Of a stretch of 64,000 nucleotides of DNA, positions 10,623 to 19,184 are shown piece by piece. The notes beneath the pieces were generated by a model that saw nothing but the letters and a program-made list of their open reading frames with translations, was not told the DNA's origin and made no database searches. Numbering within the stretch: position 1 is the stretch's first letter; each line of letters begins with the position of its first letter. The stretch covers positions 62,001-126,000 of IMG/VR virus record IMGVR_UViG_3300027996_002186, one strand, 5' to 3'. The translations under genes and the position numbers were made by a program.

Positions 10623-11092
10623 ATAATTATATTACCTTTATTTATATACTTTTTATTTTTAGTAAAAAGAAATGACTTAAATTCTTTATTTCCTCTTTCT
10701 GCATTACAATCTTTACAACAAACAACTAGATTTACTTGACAATTATTACCACCTTCTGATATGGGTACTATATGATCCGCCGTAGCGTTTTCATAACTTA
10801 ACTTTTCTTCACAATATAAACAAAGGCTACCTTTGTTTTTATTTATGAAATCTTTAGCGAATCCGCTAGTTCTTCTTTTAACATTTTTACCGCTATATTT
10901 TAGTCCGACCACAACAAAGTCTTTCATATATTTGAATTTTTTCCTATATATCTCACAAGATTTATAGTTCTTATTTACAATGACTACCAACTTTATTAAA
11001 AATTTCCATCTGTTGTATGTTTTCTTTTCTACTGAGAGAAAATGTGGGTGTTCCGATTTTACTAGGAATTTTATTACTTTTATTACTTTCAT
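10619..11092 (-). CDS. HNH endonuclease
   Basis: CLYC...TADHIVPISEGG...NLVVCCKDCNAERGN. Confidence 0.85.
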   Translation of the reverse strand: MKVIKVIKFLVKSEHPHFLSVEKKTYNRWKFLIKLVVIVNKNYKSCEIYRKKFKYMKDFVVVGLKYSGKNVKRRTSGFAKDFINKNKGSLCLYCEEKLSYENATADHIVPISEGGNNCQVNLVVCCKDCNAERGNKEFKSFLFTKNKKYINKGNIII

Positions 11093-11163
11093 ATTTTATC
11101 AATTTATATATTGAATTTTCTCATTTTCCTCGTTTAATATATACCTAAAATAAAATAACCACT

Positions 11164-11475
11164 ATGCGTAAATTTAAATTACCAAAAACTTTCTTTGGAT
11201 GGTCTAACATTAAATGGGCTATTAAAGAGCTTACAAATGTTTATTCAACAAACAAATCTTTCTTTTCTAAGAAAAGACTAGAATCTGGAATGGCTTTTTT
11301 AGTTGGTCAATTCGGGATGGTGTATTTCATGATACAAAATCATTCTACAATGACTGCATCTGACTTAGCTATCTGGGCTGGGATAGAGTTTGCTATATCT
11401 GGGTATATGGTTACTCAAATACAGAAAGAAAAGAAAAAGGGTGATCCGGAAGGAAGTCACGAAGAACAAGTTTAA
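11164..11475 (+). CDS. Small membrane protein, possible holin
   Basis: 103 aa, two hydrophobic segments, charged C-terminus; late-promoter motif at 11135. Confidence 0.4.
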   Translation: MRKFKLPKTFFGWSNIKWAIKELTNVYSTNKSFFSKKRLESGMAFLVGQFGMVYFMIQNHSTMTASDLAIWAGIEFAISGYMVTQIQKEKKKGDPEGSHEEQV

Positions 11476-11479
11476 AAAC

Positions 11480-11511
11480 AAAAAAGACCATCAATTTGAT
11501 GGTCTTTTTTT
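11480..11511. terminator. Bidirectional terminator
   Basis: A6-GACCATCAA-t-TTGATGGTC-T7 between convergent genes. Confidence 0.85.
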
Positions 11512-11527
11512 GTATCTATTATTTTAA

Positions 11528-12022
11528 TTACTTAAATTTTCTAGTATTCTTATAACTTTTAGATTCACCTACTTTCATAGCATATCTTTCATCCTCATCC
11601 ATTTCATCAAATTCTTTATCAGCTAATTTGTTTGATTCACCTTCTATAAAAGTAACAACTTCATCCGCCGTTTTGAATTTTTTATTACCAACGTGAAACA
11701 TCTCTGTTTCTGATGGGAAAATTATCTTTTGTCCATTATATTCTACTTTACCATTAGTAACCTCTGATCCTAATTTATCAGCAACTTCTTGTAGTTTATT
11801 TGCATAAACATCTCCACCTTCTTCTTCCATTTCTTCTTCCATTTCTTCAGATTCTAAATCTTCAATGGGAGCTTCTTTAACGTCAGATTCTAAATCTTTG
11901 AATTCATGTTCTAAGTCACGAATAGCTAATTCATGTTCTTGTTGGTTTGTATCAAACTCTTCTTCTGATTCAAACTCTTCGTTTACTCTTTCGTTAACAA
12001 ATTGATTATATTTTTTAATCAT
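11528..12022 (-). CDS. Acidic protein, putative internal head protein
   Basis: Likely start ATG 12022 (MIKKYNQFVNE tag); Glu-rich. Confidence 0.55.
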   Translation of the reverse strand: MIKKYNQFVNERVNEEFESEEEFDTNQQEHELAIRDLEHEFKDLESDVKEAPIEDLESEEMEEEMEEEGGDVYANKLQEVADKLGSEVTNGKVEYNGQKIIFPSETEMFHVGNKKFKTADEVVTFIEGESNKLADKEFDEMDEDERYAMKVGESKSYKNTRKFK

Positions 12023-12062
12023 CACTATTACTTATTTTTTGTTGTGTTTATATATATTAAAA

Positions 12063-12557
12063 TTAATTATCAGAATTTTTCAATTCACTTATAACATAAT
12101 CAACAAAACTATCTAACTCATATTCTAATCCATTACAAAATTCGAATATGTCATAATTATCTTGATTCTTTCTCTTTTTTATTGAGAAAAAATCAGGTGA
12201 TGTTGTTCCATTACTAAATAAAACTATTTTTCCCTCTAACCTACCTTCTATTTTCTTCTTACTAGGAAATTCTAAATCAGGAACATACATTGTCCCAATA
12301 TAGTGTATTTCATCACCATAATCTTCTATTTCTTCTAATTCAAATTTGAAATATCCATAATCATCTTCGAAAACTCTTTCACTTTCTTCTTTCACTATCT
12401 CCTTATGAACTTCTTCTTCACCACCAGAAGCGTGAGCGTCCAAAAAATCTTTCTCCAGCTTGGTTATAGAAGGCATACCATATTTAGATATTTTATCTAA
12501 AATATCATCTACCCTTTCTTTGGTAGTATAACCTTCATATCTCATTAAGTGTTTCAT
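12063..12557 (-). CDS. Hypothetical protein with DUF6576-like motif
   Basis: Likely start MKHLMRYE at 12557; contains VDDILDKISKYGMPSITKLEKDFL. Confidence 0.55.
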   Translation of the reverse strand: MKHLMRYEGYTTKERVDDILDKISKYGMPSITKLEKDFLDAHASGGEEEVHKEIVKEESERVFEDDYGYFKFELEEIEDYGDEIHYIGTMYVPDLEFPSKKKIEGRLEGKIVLFSNGTTSPDFFSIKKRKNQDNYDIFEFCNGLEYELDSFVDYVISELKNSDN

Positions 12558-12607
12558 ATTGTTATTAAACATTAAGGTATATATTTCATATTGAATTCCC
12601 TTTTTTA

Positions 12608-13000
12608 TCAGTAAAACTTATGTGTTGGTGTTTTACCTAACCCACTATCAACAAGGTTTCTGTTGTGGTTACCAACTAACCAAGGTTTTCCTATCTTTTT
12701 ATGTATATTTTCCTTTATTGCTTTATATACTATTTCTAAATCCCCGTCTGTCTGATATATACAAATATAATTGTTGTTTACAATATCGATATCAAAATCA
12801 ATAACTTCTTCATCTGATAGTATATTATCTATCTTAGACCCTCTATCGTACTTTTTAACCTCACTTACCCAATTCTCAACGAAGTAGAATATAAATCCAC
12901 CAGATCCGTCCTTAGGATGCTCTTGAGCCATTTTTAGGTCTATACCATCATAGTATTTAACATTAATATCGTCTATTTTTTCCTCAGAAATTAATATCAT
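12608..13000 (-). CDS. Hypothetical protein
   Basis: 130-aa ORF overlapping the upstream ORF; contains RGSKIDNIL. Confidence 0.55.
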   Translation of the reverse strand: MILISEEKIDDINVKYYDGIDLKMAQEHPKDGSGGFIFYFVENWVSEVKKYDRGSKIDNILSDEEVIDFDIDIVNNNYICIYQTDGDLEIVYKAIKENIHKKIGKPWLVGNHNRNLVDSGLGKTPTHKFY

Positions 13001-13217
13001 CGAATATATCGTCTATTTTTTTATCCCTTGTTTCGGATTTATGTAATCCTATTATATTTTTATGGAAAAGTTCATCGGTTTCAAATTTTAGTTTGAAACT
13101 ATCAAATGATGATCGTGACATTCTCAATAAAGAATACTCACCTCTTGATATTTTAGACTCTAAAATCCTGGTATCCAAGTAAGTTATATATTCTAGGTAT
13201 AATTCCTCGTTTTTCAT
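12984..13217 (-). CDS. Hypothetical protein
   Basis: 77 aa with C-terminal RDKKIDDI. Confidence 0.55.
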   Translation of the reverse strand: MKNEELYLEYITYLDTRILESKISRGEYSLLRMSRSSFDSFKLKFETDELFHKNIIGLHKSETRDKKIDDIFDDINF

Positions 13218-13249
13218 AAATTATATATCTATATTTAATATATACCCAT

Positions 13250-14008
13250 ATGCTAAATTATAAAGAGTATTTAAAGGAGGCCCAAGATAATCAAGTCGTT
13301 GTGTTGGATGATGGACAAGGTGGTAATATGTTTAAGACTGTTAAAAATGGTAGTAAGAACTCAATTACTTATCTTAATGCTGTTATAAAAAGGTTTATCG
13401 AAAGTGTTTATGGATCATCTGGGTTTGTTTATGGTAAACATACTGATATATTTATCGATAATAAGATAATTAATGGTGAGTATATATCAAAGATGGTTAA
13501 TAATTACACCATTTTTAAAAATGTGATAAGAATTAATAATATTAAAGAGGAAGAATCTTTTTATAATTTTATGTTATCTAATCTGAATAATATTTATTCA
13601 CCAAATGGTAAATTCTTTTTAGAACAATCATTACCTATTTTAATAAACACAACTAGAAGGGGAAATGTACTTGAAAAAATGGCTAAGGAATCCTTTTTAA
13701 AGTATTCTAAAGAAAAAGATATCGAGATTACTATACAAAACCCTTCTGTTGATGAAGATATAAACGGTGTTGATTTCAAATTCTTATCCAATGGTAGAAG
13801 TTTTACTGTTCAAGTAAAGCCATTTACTGATTATAAGTATATTGGTGATAAAATTTTCATAAAGACAGAAGGATCTTTATCATTGAATACAAACTACTTG
13901 ATACTATGTGATGGTAAGAATTGTATTAAATTAAGAAATACACCCTCTAATCCAGTTAAAATAAAAGGTAATACTTTTATTTCAAGTAAATCTAATCTAC
14001 TTATTTAA
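13250..14008 (+). CDS. Putative PD-(D/E)xK-fold nuclease-like protein
   Basis: G-x2-LE helix followed by DINGVDF...TVQVK; N-terminal tag MLNYKEYLKE. Confidence 0.45.
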   Translation: MLNYKEYLKEAQDNQVVVLDDGQGGNMFKTVKNGSKNSITYLNAVIKRFIESVYGSSGFVYGKHTDIFIDNKIINGEYISKMVNNYTIFKNVIRINNIKEEESFYNFMLSNLNNIYSPNGKFFLEQSLPILINTTRRGNVLEKMAKESFLKYSKEKDIEITIQNPSVDEDINGVDFKFLSNGRSFTVQVKPFTDYKYIGDKIFIKTEGSLSLNTNYLILCDGKNCIKLRNTPSNPVKIKGNTFISSKSNLLI

Positions 14009-15462
14009 ATCCACCGAATATATCCATTACCACACTCAATCTTCTTGTTATTTCTGGCATACCTAATGGTTCAATAATAGAATTAATTGGTGATAGTATT
14101 GATTTCTCAAATTGTATATCATAATCTATCTCAGGAGCAAATTCAATCGGGTAAGACCCTCTAGCATAAGCAAATGTGGAATTAACTGATTTATCTTTAC
14201 AGATATAATATTTAATCTTTGTACCAGATTTCATAAATTCATACTTATCTTGTAATTTCTTATCATTGTTCAATAAGTAATTATGATAAGCGGCCGCTTT
14301 AACAGCAAAGTGAGCTCCACTTATAAATTGTAATGGTAATGTTTTATCATTTAAAACTTTCTCATCATATTTATTACAAGATGATTGCATTGCGATATCA
14401 TCAACATCAGCCAATTCAAATTCCTTTCTAAGACCTTTTACCAATTTAAGTAAATCCTTTATATTGAATGTATCGGGATTCTCAAATAAATACTCTACTA
14501 TCCCAACAATCTTATCACGAGCAAAGGCTGGTGTGGATGACCTAACAAGTTCAACTCCTTTAGGATAAATATATTTCAATCTATCATATGGAATACCATC
14601 CTCATATAAAATATGTTGTATGTATTTTTTCTTAGCAATATTTATAATTGATTCTGATATTCTTTCAAGTTCAAAATCTTCTTTGTTTTCAACACCATAT
14701 GATTCTGCGTGTTTATCTAAACAATCTTTGAAGTAACCCTCATATTTTATTTGGTCAACTCCTAATATAAAATCAACCTCAGTAGACCAGTTCCAGATAA
14801 TATCATTTGTTAAAACTCCATCATCTATCATCTTATTTAACTTCCTATCTTTCACGAAGTTACCATCTATTAAAACTAACCCATAATCTTCTTTCAGAAG
14901 TTCTGTAAATTCCGTGATATCTTTTGACATACCCAAATAATTTGGATTATCTGTTTCTATCAAATCTCTTGATAGTATAATAAATTTCTTATCAATTGAA
15001 GATAGATATTCATCGTTAAATACTTGATCTCTCCAAGTACAATGGTCCATACAAGGTTTGAATGAAACAAAAATTGAATCGGTATCACCATAGATACTAA
15101 CATCCTCTTTCGTATCAATTGGTGTGATATCTTTTATATTTAATTGTTTGTGTAGCTCAGTATCAAGATGCCATTGATTATACCAATAATCTTGGTTATC
15201 ATCATCCATCTTTCTAGTCAATTCTCTACCCTCTGCTGTTATAGTACCTGCAACGTGGTTGTTATAAAGTATGAAGTATGGTGTTGCGAAGGCTCCATAA
15301 GAACCATTCAATACAAGTTTTAGTCATTTACCCCCACTTAAAATAAAGCGGGGGTGATTAAAGAGCGAGTTGAAGGGCATTGTAGTAATCTACTTCCTTT
15401 TTCAACTCGCTCGCTTTAATTTTTAATGACTCGATTTTTTTTATTTTTTCGGTTTTTGTCAT
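14001..15462 (-). CDS. Family B DNA polymerase, C-terminal subunit of a split gene, interrupted by a 40-nt gap at 15321-15360
   Basis: ORF1 15462-15361 (MTKTEK...YYNALQLAL*) plus ORF2 from 15320 (KLVLNGSYGAF...YGDTDS...KKKY...KGVELVRSSTP) together rebuild motif B QLALKLVLNGSYG and motif C. No exonuclease domain or motif A is present in the window. Confidence 0.9.
15321..15412 (-). other. Candidate programmed translational bypass element in polB
   Basis: CTT TAA TCACCCCCGCTT-TATTTT-AAGTGGGGGT AAATGA CTA AAA, plus a perfect 12-bp inverted repeat at 15363-15374 / 15401-15412. Confidence 0.7.
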
Positions 15463-15527
15463 ATTTAATAAATTTGTTATAAAGGGTACTTATACATTTT
15501 GATATATAAATAAACCTCTTAAAGTAT

Positions 15528-15614
15528 ATGATAAAGGAAGAAAAAGTTTCAGTAAAAATCGGACCACGTAACATAAAATATTTTAATATGTGTGGATATG
15601 ATGTTACACTTTAG
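15528..15614 (+). pseudogene. Truncated N-terminus of a homing-endonuclease-like gene
   Basis: MIKEEKVSVKIGPRNIKYFNMCGYDVTL*, similar to the N-terminus of the remnant at 10315. Confidence 0.45.
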
Positions 15615-15664
15615 TCAGGCGCAATTTGGTCAGATAACAGAACTATACGCCTATATGGTATTTG

Positions 15665-15986
15665 TTATGCTGATTGATAACCACTTATATTCTCACCATC
15701 ATAATAGTCGATACCTATCCAATTTTCATAATCTTCTACATTCACGTTTATATAATTCCCATTGTGGTAATAATTCACCAGGTATAATAATAAACAATAT
15801 AGGATCTGCCATTAGCTCTGTACCTCTTTTAACCTTTGTTTGTTTTGATTTTAATTTTACAATATCAACCTTTGATACATTATCAACTCCATATCTCTCT
15901 AAACAGGTTTCTTTTATTTTAGATATGATTGATTTTTTATTTATCTTATATTGATTATAGTAATGGAAATAGTAGTAACCTATCAC
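15665..15986 (-). pseudogene. Frameshifted homing-endonuclease-like remnant
   Basis: KIKETCLERYGVDNVSK repeat motif and WELYKRECRRL, continuing in another frame as YENWIGIDYYDGE before a stop. Confidence 0.55.
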
Positions 15987-16048
15987 TATTTGATTAATCA
16001 GATATATTATATTTTAAATTTAATATATAATAAAAATAACAGTATCAA

Positions 16049-16432
16049 ATGAGGTTAAAGAAGTTTAATAGTTTCAAAATTAATGAATCAGAAGAGTTGA
16101 TGGAAACTCCTGTTGAGACTGGTAGCAAAGCATCTACATTAACTGGTGAGGTTACTCTTTATAGACTCACTTCTCATCCGGTTGTTGATCTTTCTTCACC
16201 TGGTGAGTATTATGTATGTGATAAAGGTGATATCGACCCTTCTATATTAGATAAGAAAGAAAGTTCTGAGTTATATTTAATTACGGTTACTTGTGATTCT
16301 TCTAATATTGACTTAGATAAATCTGAAATGGAGATTGCTAACTTAGGAAACGATTCTATCGTAGCAGTTAAAGATGATAATGTTTGTAAGGTTATTAGTG
16401 TTACTCCTTATGGAAACAATCCAGTAGATTAA
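16049..16432 (+). CDS. Hypothetical protein, putative internal head protein
   Basis: MRLKKFNSFKINE tag; TAATATATA at 16021. Confidence 0.55.
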   Translation: MRLKKFNSFKINESEELMETPVETGSKASTLTGEVTLYRLTSHPVVDLSSPGEYYVCDKGDIDPSILDKKESSELYLITVTCDSSNIDLDKSEMEIANLGNDSIVAVKDDNVCKVISVTPYGNNPVD

Positions 16433-16457
16433 TATGAATCGAATTTAGTTGGATTCA

Positions 16458-17360
16458 TTAATAGATAATTGGTCCATCAAACCCCAAACGAACATTTTGA
16501 CCATCAAACACAATTGTTTCCGTTATCTCAGAAGGCTTAAATGTATTTTTGTGATAAACTTTCATTGGTCTTCTAAAGTCTTCTTCTGGTGGAGTATAGA
16601 CATAATTAAAACACTCACATCCACCACCCGTTCTTTTCCAAGACTTGGTTAAAAAAAAGTTATCACCTATTAATTCCTTTATGTGAAAATAAATATAATT
16701 CTCTTTTGAGTATTCATTGATAGGCATTAAAGATACTAAACCAATATCATTTATCTCAACAGAGTTTGCCCATTCTAAATATTTAAATACTTCTTCTGGT
16801 GTATCTATATAATTCTTTATTAAGTTACATCTGAATTGTACTTGGTGTGGATGTGTTTGTAAATGGCTTATAGCCTTTATCTCTTCTGATGTAGGAGTTT
16901 TGCATTTGAATATCTCATCATTAATCTTATCATCATAGTGGTGACGACTAAGTTGTATATAATCATATCTTTTAGCAATAGGGTCGTTAAATAACTTCTC
17001 CCATCTAAATCCGTCTGTATTCAGTGATAATTCACAATCAGGTGCATATTCCACACCAACATTGGACATTTCCAGAAAATTATCCCAATATAAAGTTGGT
17101 TCTCCACCAGAAATGGCTATTTTTCTAATCTTAATTCTATCTGATATATGTTGTAAGACTTCTTTATATTTTTTACCGTTCCATTTGGATGCGTCTGAGT
17201 GATATGTACAGAATGAGCACTTAGCGTTACAGAATTTAGTTCTAACATAAAGATTTATATAAGGTTCTTCAATGGCGTTTCCCTCCTCCTCTCCAAATAA
17301 GGCACAATTATGAGTTATTAGCTTAATTTCTTTCCCGAATAATTCGATTGATTCTAACAT
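16458..17360 (-). CDS. Radical SAM protein
   Basis: CNAKCSFC (CxxxCxxC), SGGEPTL, NTDG. Confidence 0.9.
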   Translation of the reverse strand: MLESIELFGKEIKLITHNCALFGEEEGNAIEEPYINLYVRTKFCNAKCSFCTYHSDASKWNGKKYKEVLQHISDRIKIRKIAISGGEPTLYWDNFLEMSNVGVEYAPDCELSLNTDGFRWEKLFNDPIAKRYDYIQLSRHHYDDKINDEIFKCKTPTSEEIKAISHLQTHPHQVQFRCNLIKNYIDTPEEVFKYLEWANSVEINDIGLVSLMPINEYSKENYIYFHIKELIGDNFFLTKSWKRTGGGCECFNYVYTPPEEDFRRPMKVYHKNTFKPSEITETIVFDGQNVRLGFDGPIIY

Positions 17361-17370
17361 TATTTATTTA

Positions 17371-17631
17371 TTAACAAGATGATCTTGAATATGATGAATC
17401 ATCGTTTCGAAATCTCGAAATTGATGATTTTGGTGTTGGTGTTACTTTTTTATTAATTCGTGGCTCGATATCATTTTCGATACAAAACTTTATATAAACA
17501 GATCTTTTCAAATCGCCTGTGTTTATTAAATCTTCACAAGCATCATTAAATTTTGATTCAAGGTTAGTACCTTCATATCTACCTTTGTAGAATTGTAAAA
17601 GTTTTGCTAAAAGTTCTAATTGTTGGTCCAT
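17371..17631 (-). CDS. Hypothetical protein
   Basis: 86-aa ORF between nadR and the radical SAM gene, with a Ser/Arg-rich C-terminus ending in Cys. Confidence 0.55.
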   Translation of the reverse strand: MDQQLELLAKLLQFYKGRYEGTNLESKFNDACEDLINTGDLKRSVYIKFCIENDIEPRINKKVTPTPKSSISRFRNDDSSYSRSSC

Positions 17632-17649
17632 TGTGAATTCTTATTTTAG

Positions 17650-18669
17650 TTATATATTAAATTGTGAATTTACAATTTCAATAGATTTGCTTAATCTATC
17701 TCTCCAATTACCACCCACTTCTATATAATTACAATTGTACTTTTCCAATTCTGATTTAATAACATTATAATGTTCCATCCTTTCTTCTAAAAACTGTCGT
17801 GTTCCGTCTTGAACACCATCACAATCAGGTTTCAATAGTAAGTATAAATCATAATTACTATTTTTATATACTTTATCTAGTAATATGTTTTCAATACTTT
17901 TATAACCATTTGGAAAATACATTTTTGAGAAGAGGTATGTTGTTATATCCTCTGTATCACAGAATAATAATTTATTGGATGTCTTTATTTTTTGATTTTC
18001 CAATTCTTGTCGACCAACAGATATTGGGATAAAGTCTTCTATTCCTATTTTATTACCATTTCTTTCAAATACAGTTCTGCCATATTCCTCAACAAAATTT
18101 GTGTTATAGTATTTAGCTAAATTTTCACTCATTGTTGATTTCCCAACAGATTCCGGCCCCATAATAACAATTCTCTTAACGAAGTAGGGTTTTATTTCAT
18201 CCGGTATAAATTCCCAACTATCAAAGGGGTTAGTTCTTACTTTAGTTCCTGATATAGGAAATTTCTTTCTTTCTTTATCAACTAGATAGTGTTTTATACC
18301 CAAATATTTAGCAAAATCATCACCGTAATTCTCAGAAGTGAATACACAATCTAATTTACCAACAAATTTATAAACAAATGGAACCCAATAAGAATAAAAT
18401 TCATCAAGTGATTTACATTCGTGTTCATATTGTGGCATCTCACTATCATCAACAGAGTGTATTATGACATTTGGGTTACTTTCATATATTTCTCGTAAAG
18501 ATTTTACTCTTAATTTACCAGGGATTGTTTGTGTAGGATTATGACAAGCTAAAACATGAACAACTTCCGAATTTTCCAAAGCGGTGTCTATTAAATAAAG
18601 GTGCCCGGTGTGTAATCCGTAGAATTTACCCAATACTAAACTACTTTTGTACTTTTTATCCATTTCCAT
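17650..18669 (-). CDS. nadR: NadR-like NMN adenylyltransferase / ribosylnicotinamide kinase (no HTH domain)
   Basis: GKFYGLHTGH (HxGH), ISGTKVR, P-loop GPESVGKST, EYGR, CDTE, DGTR. Confidence 0.9.
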   Translation of the reverse strand: MEMDKKYKSSLVLGKFYGLHTGHLYLIDTALENSEVVHVLACHNPTQTIPGKLRVKSLREIYESNPNVIIHSVDDSEMPQYEHECKSLDEFYSYWVPFVYKFVGKLDCVFTSENYGDDFAKYLGIKHYLVDKERKKFPISGTKVRTNPFDSWEFIPDEIKPYFVKRIVIMGPESVGKSTMSENLAKYYNTNFVEEYGRTVFERNGNKIGIEDFIPISVGRQELENQKIKTSNKLLFCDTEDITTYLFSKMYFPNGYKSIENILLDKVYKNSNYDLYLLLKPDCDGVQDGTRQFLEERMEHYNVIKSELEKYNCNYIEVGGNWRDRLSKSIEIVNSQFNI

Positions 18670-19184
18670 AATCCAATTGATGCTAATATTAAGAATAAAC
18701 CATATACATATGATGATACGTCTAAGCCATTTGATGAGAATAATACTATTAATAGAATGTCATTTATAATCCAAAGAATCCAAGCTTCTATTTTCTTCTT
18801 CACTAATAGGAATGTAGCCATAACACCCAATGTCATTACAGCAGAGTCTAGAAATGGCATATTACCACCATATTCACTTGTTATACAAAACGTGGTCATG
18901 TATAGAATAATGGTGCTGGTTGTTAGATATCCTAATTGCTTTTTATTTAACCAACTAATAGCCAATTCTTCTTTTGGTTTGCTCCAGTTTATCCAACCTA
19001 GTATAGATTGGACTAGAAATACACCTTGTAAAACTAAATCACCAAGTAAGTTATGGTTGTAAAAGATAACAGAGTAAAAGATAACTCCTACGATACCAAA
19101 TGGCCAACATAATATGTTATCTTTTACTGTTAGAATAACAGCTAGTAACGTGAATAAAACAGCTACTGCCTCAATAATATCCAT
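18636..19184 (-). CDS. pnuC: PnuC-family nicotinamide riboside/vitamin transporter
   Basis: Multi-pass membrane protein with WPFGI, GWINW, PFLDS and EAWILWIIND motifs; overlaps nadR. Confidence 0.9.
   Translation of the reverse strand: MDIIEAVAVLFTLLAVILTVKDNILCWPFGIVGVIFYSVIFYNHNLLGDLVLQGVFLVQSILGWINWSKPKEELAISWLNKKQLGYLTTSTIILYMTTFCITSEYGGNMPFLDSAVMTLGVMATFLLVKKKIEAWILWIINDILLIVLFSSNGLDVSSYVYGLFLILASIGLWKWIKSTKVV

Noticed and set aside
15309-15311. TTG start of the polymerase given by the ORF track
   Set aside because: It starts in the middle of motif B and omits the conserved Gln and Lys; the upstream 34-codon ORF supplies the missing helix.
15259-15327. ATG inside the gap (ATG ACT AAA ACT, MTKT, the same four residues as the true start)
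   Set aside because: It is out of frame with the polymerase and closes after about 22 codons; treated as coincidence, though worth remembering.
15321-15360. Group I intron or intein in polB
   Set aside because: 40 nt cannot form a ribozyme core. Splicing at the G nearest the 3' end (15325) would add an extra Leu and break the Q-x3-K spacing. The insert contains stop codons, so it is not an intein.
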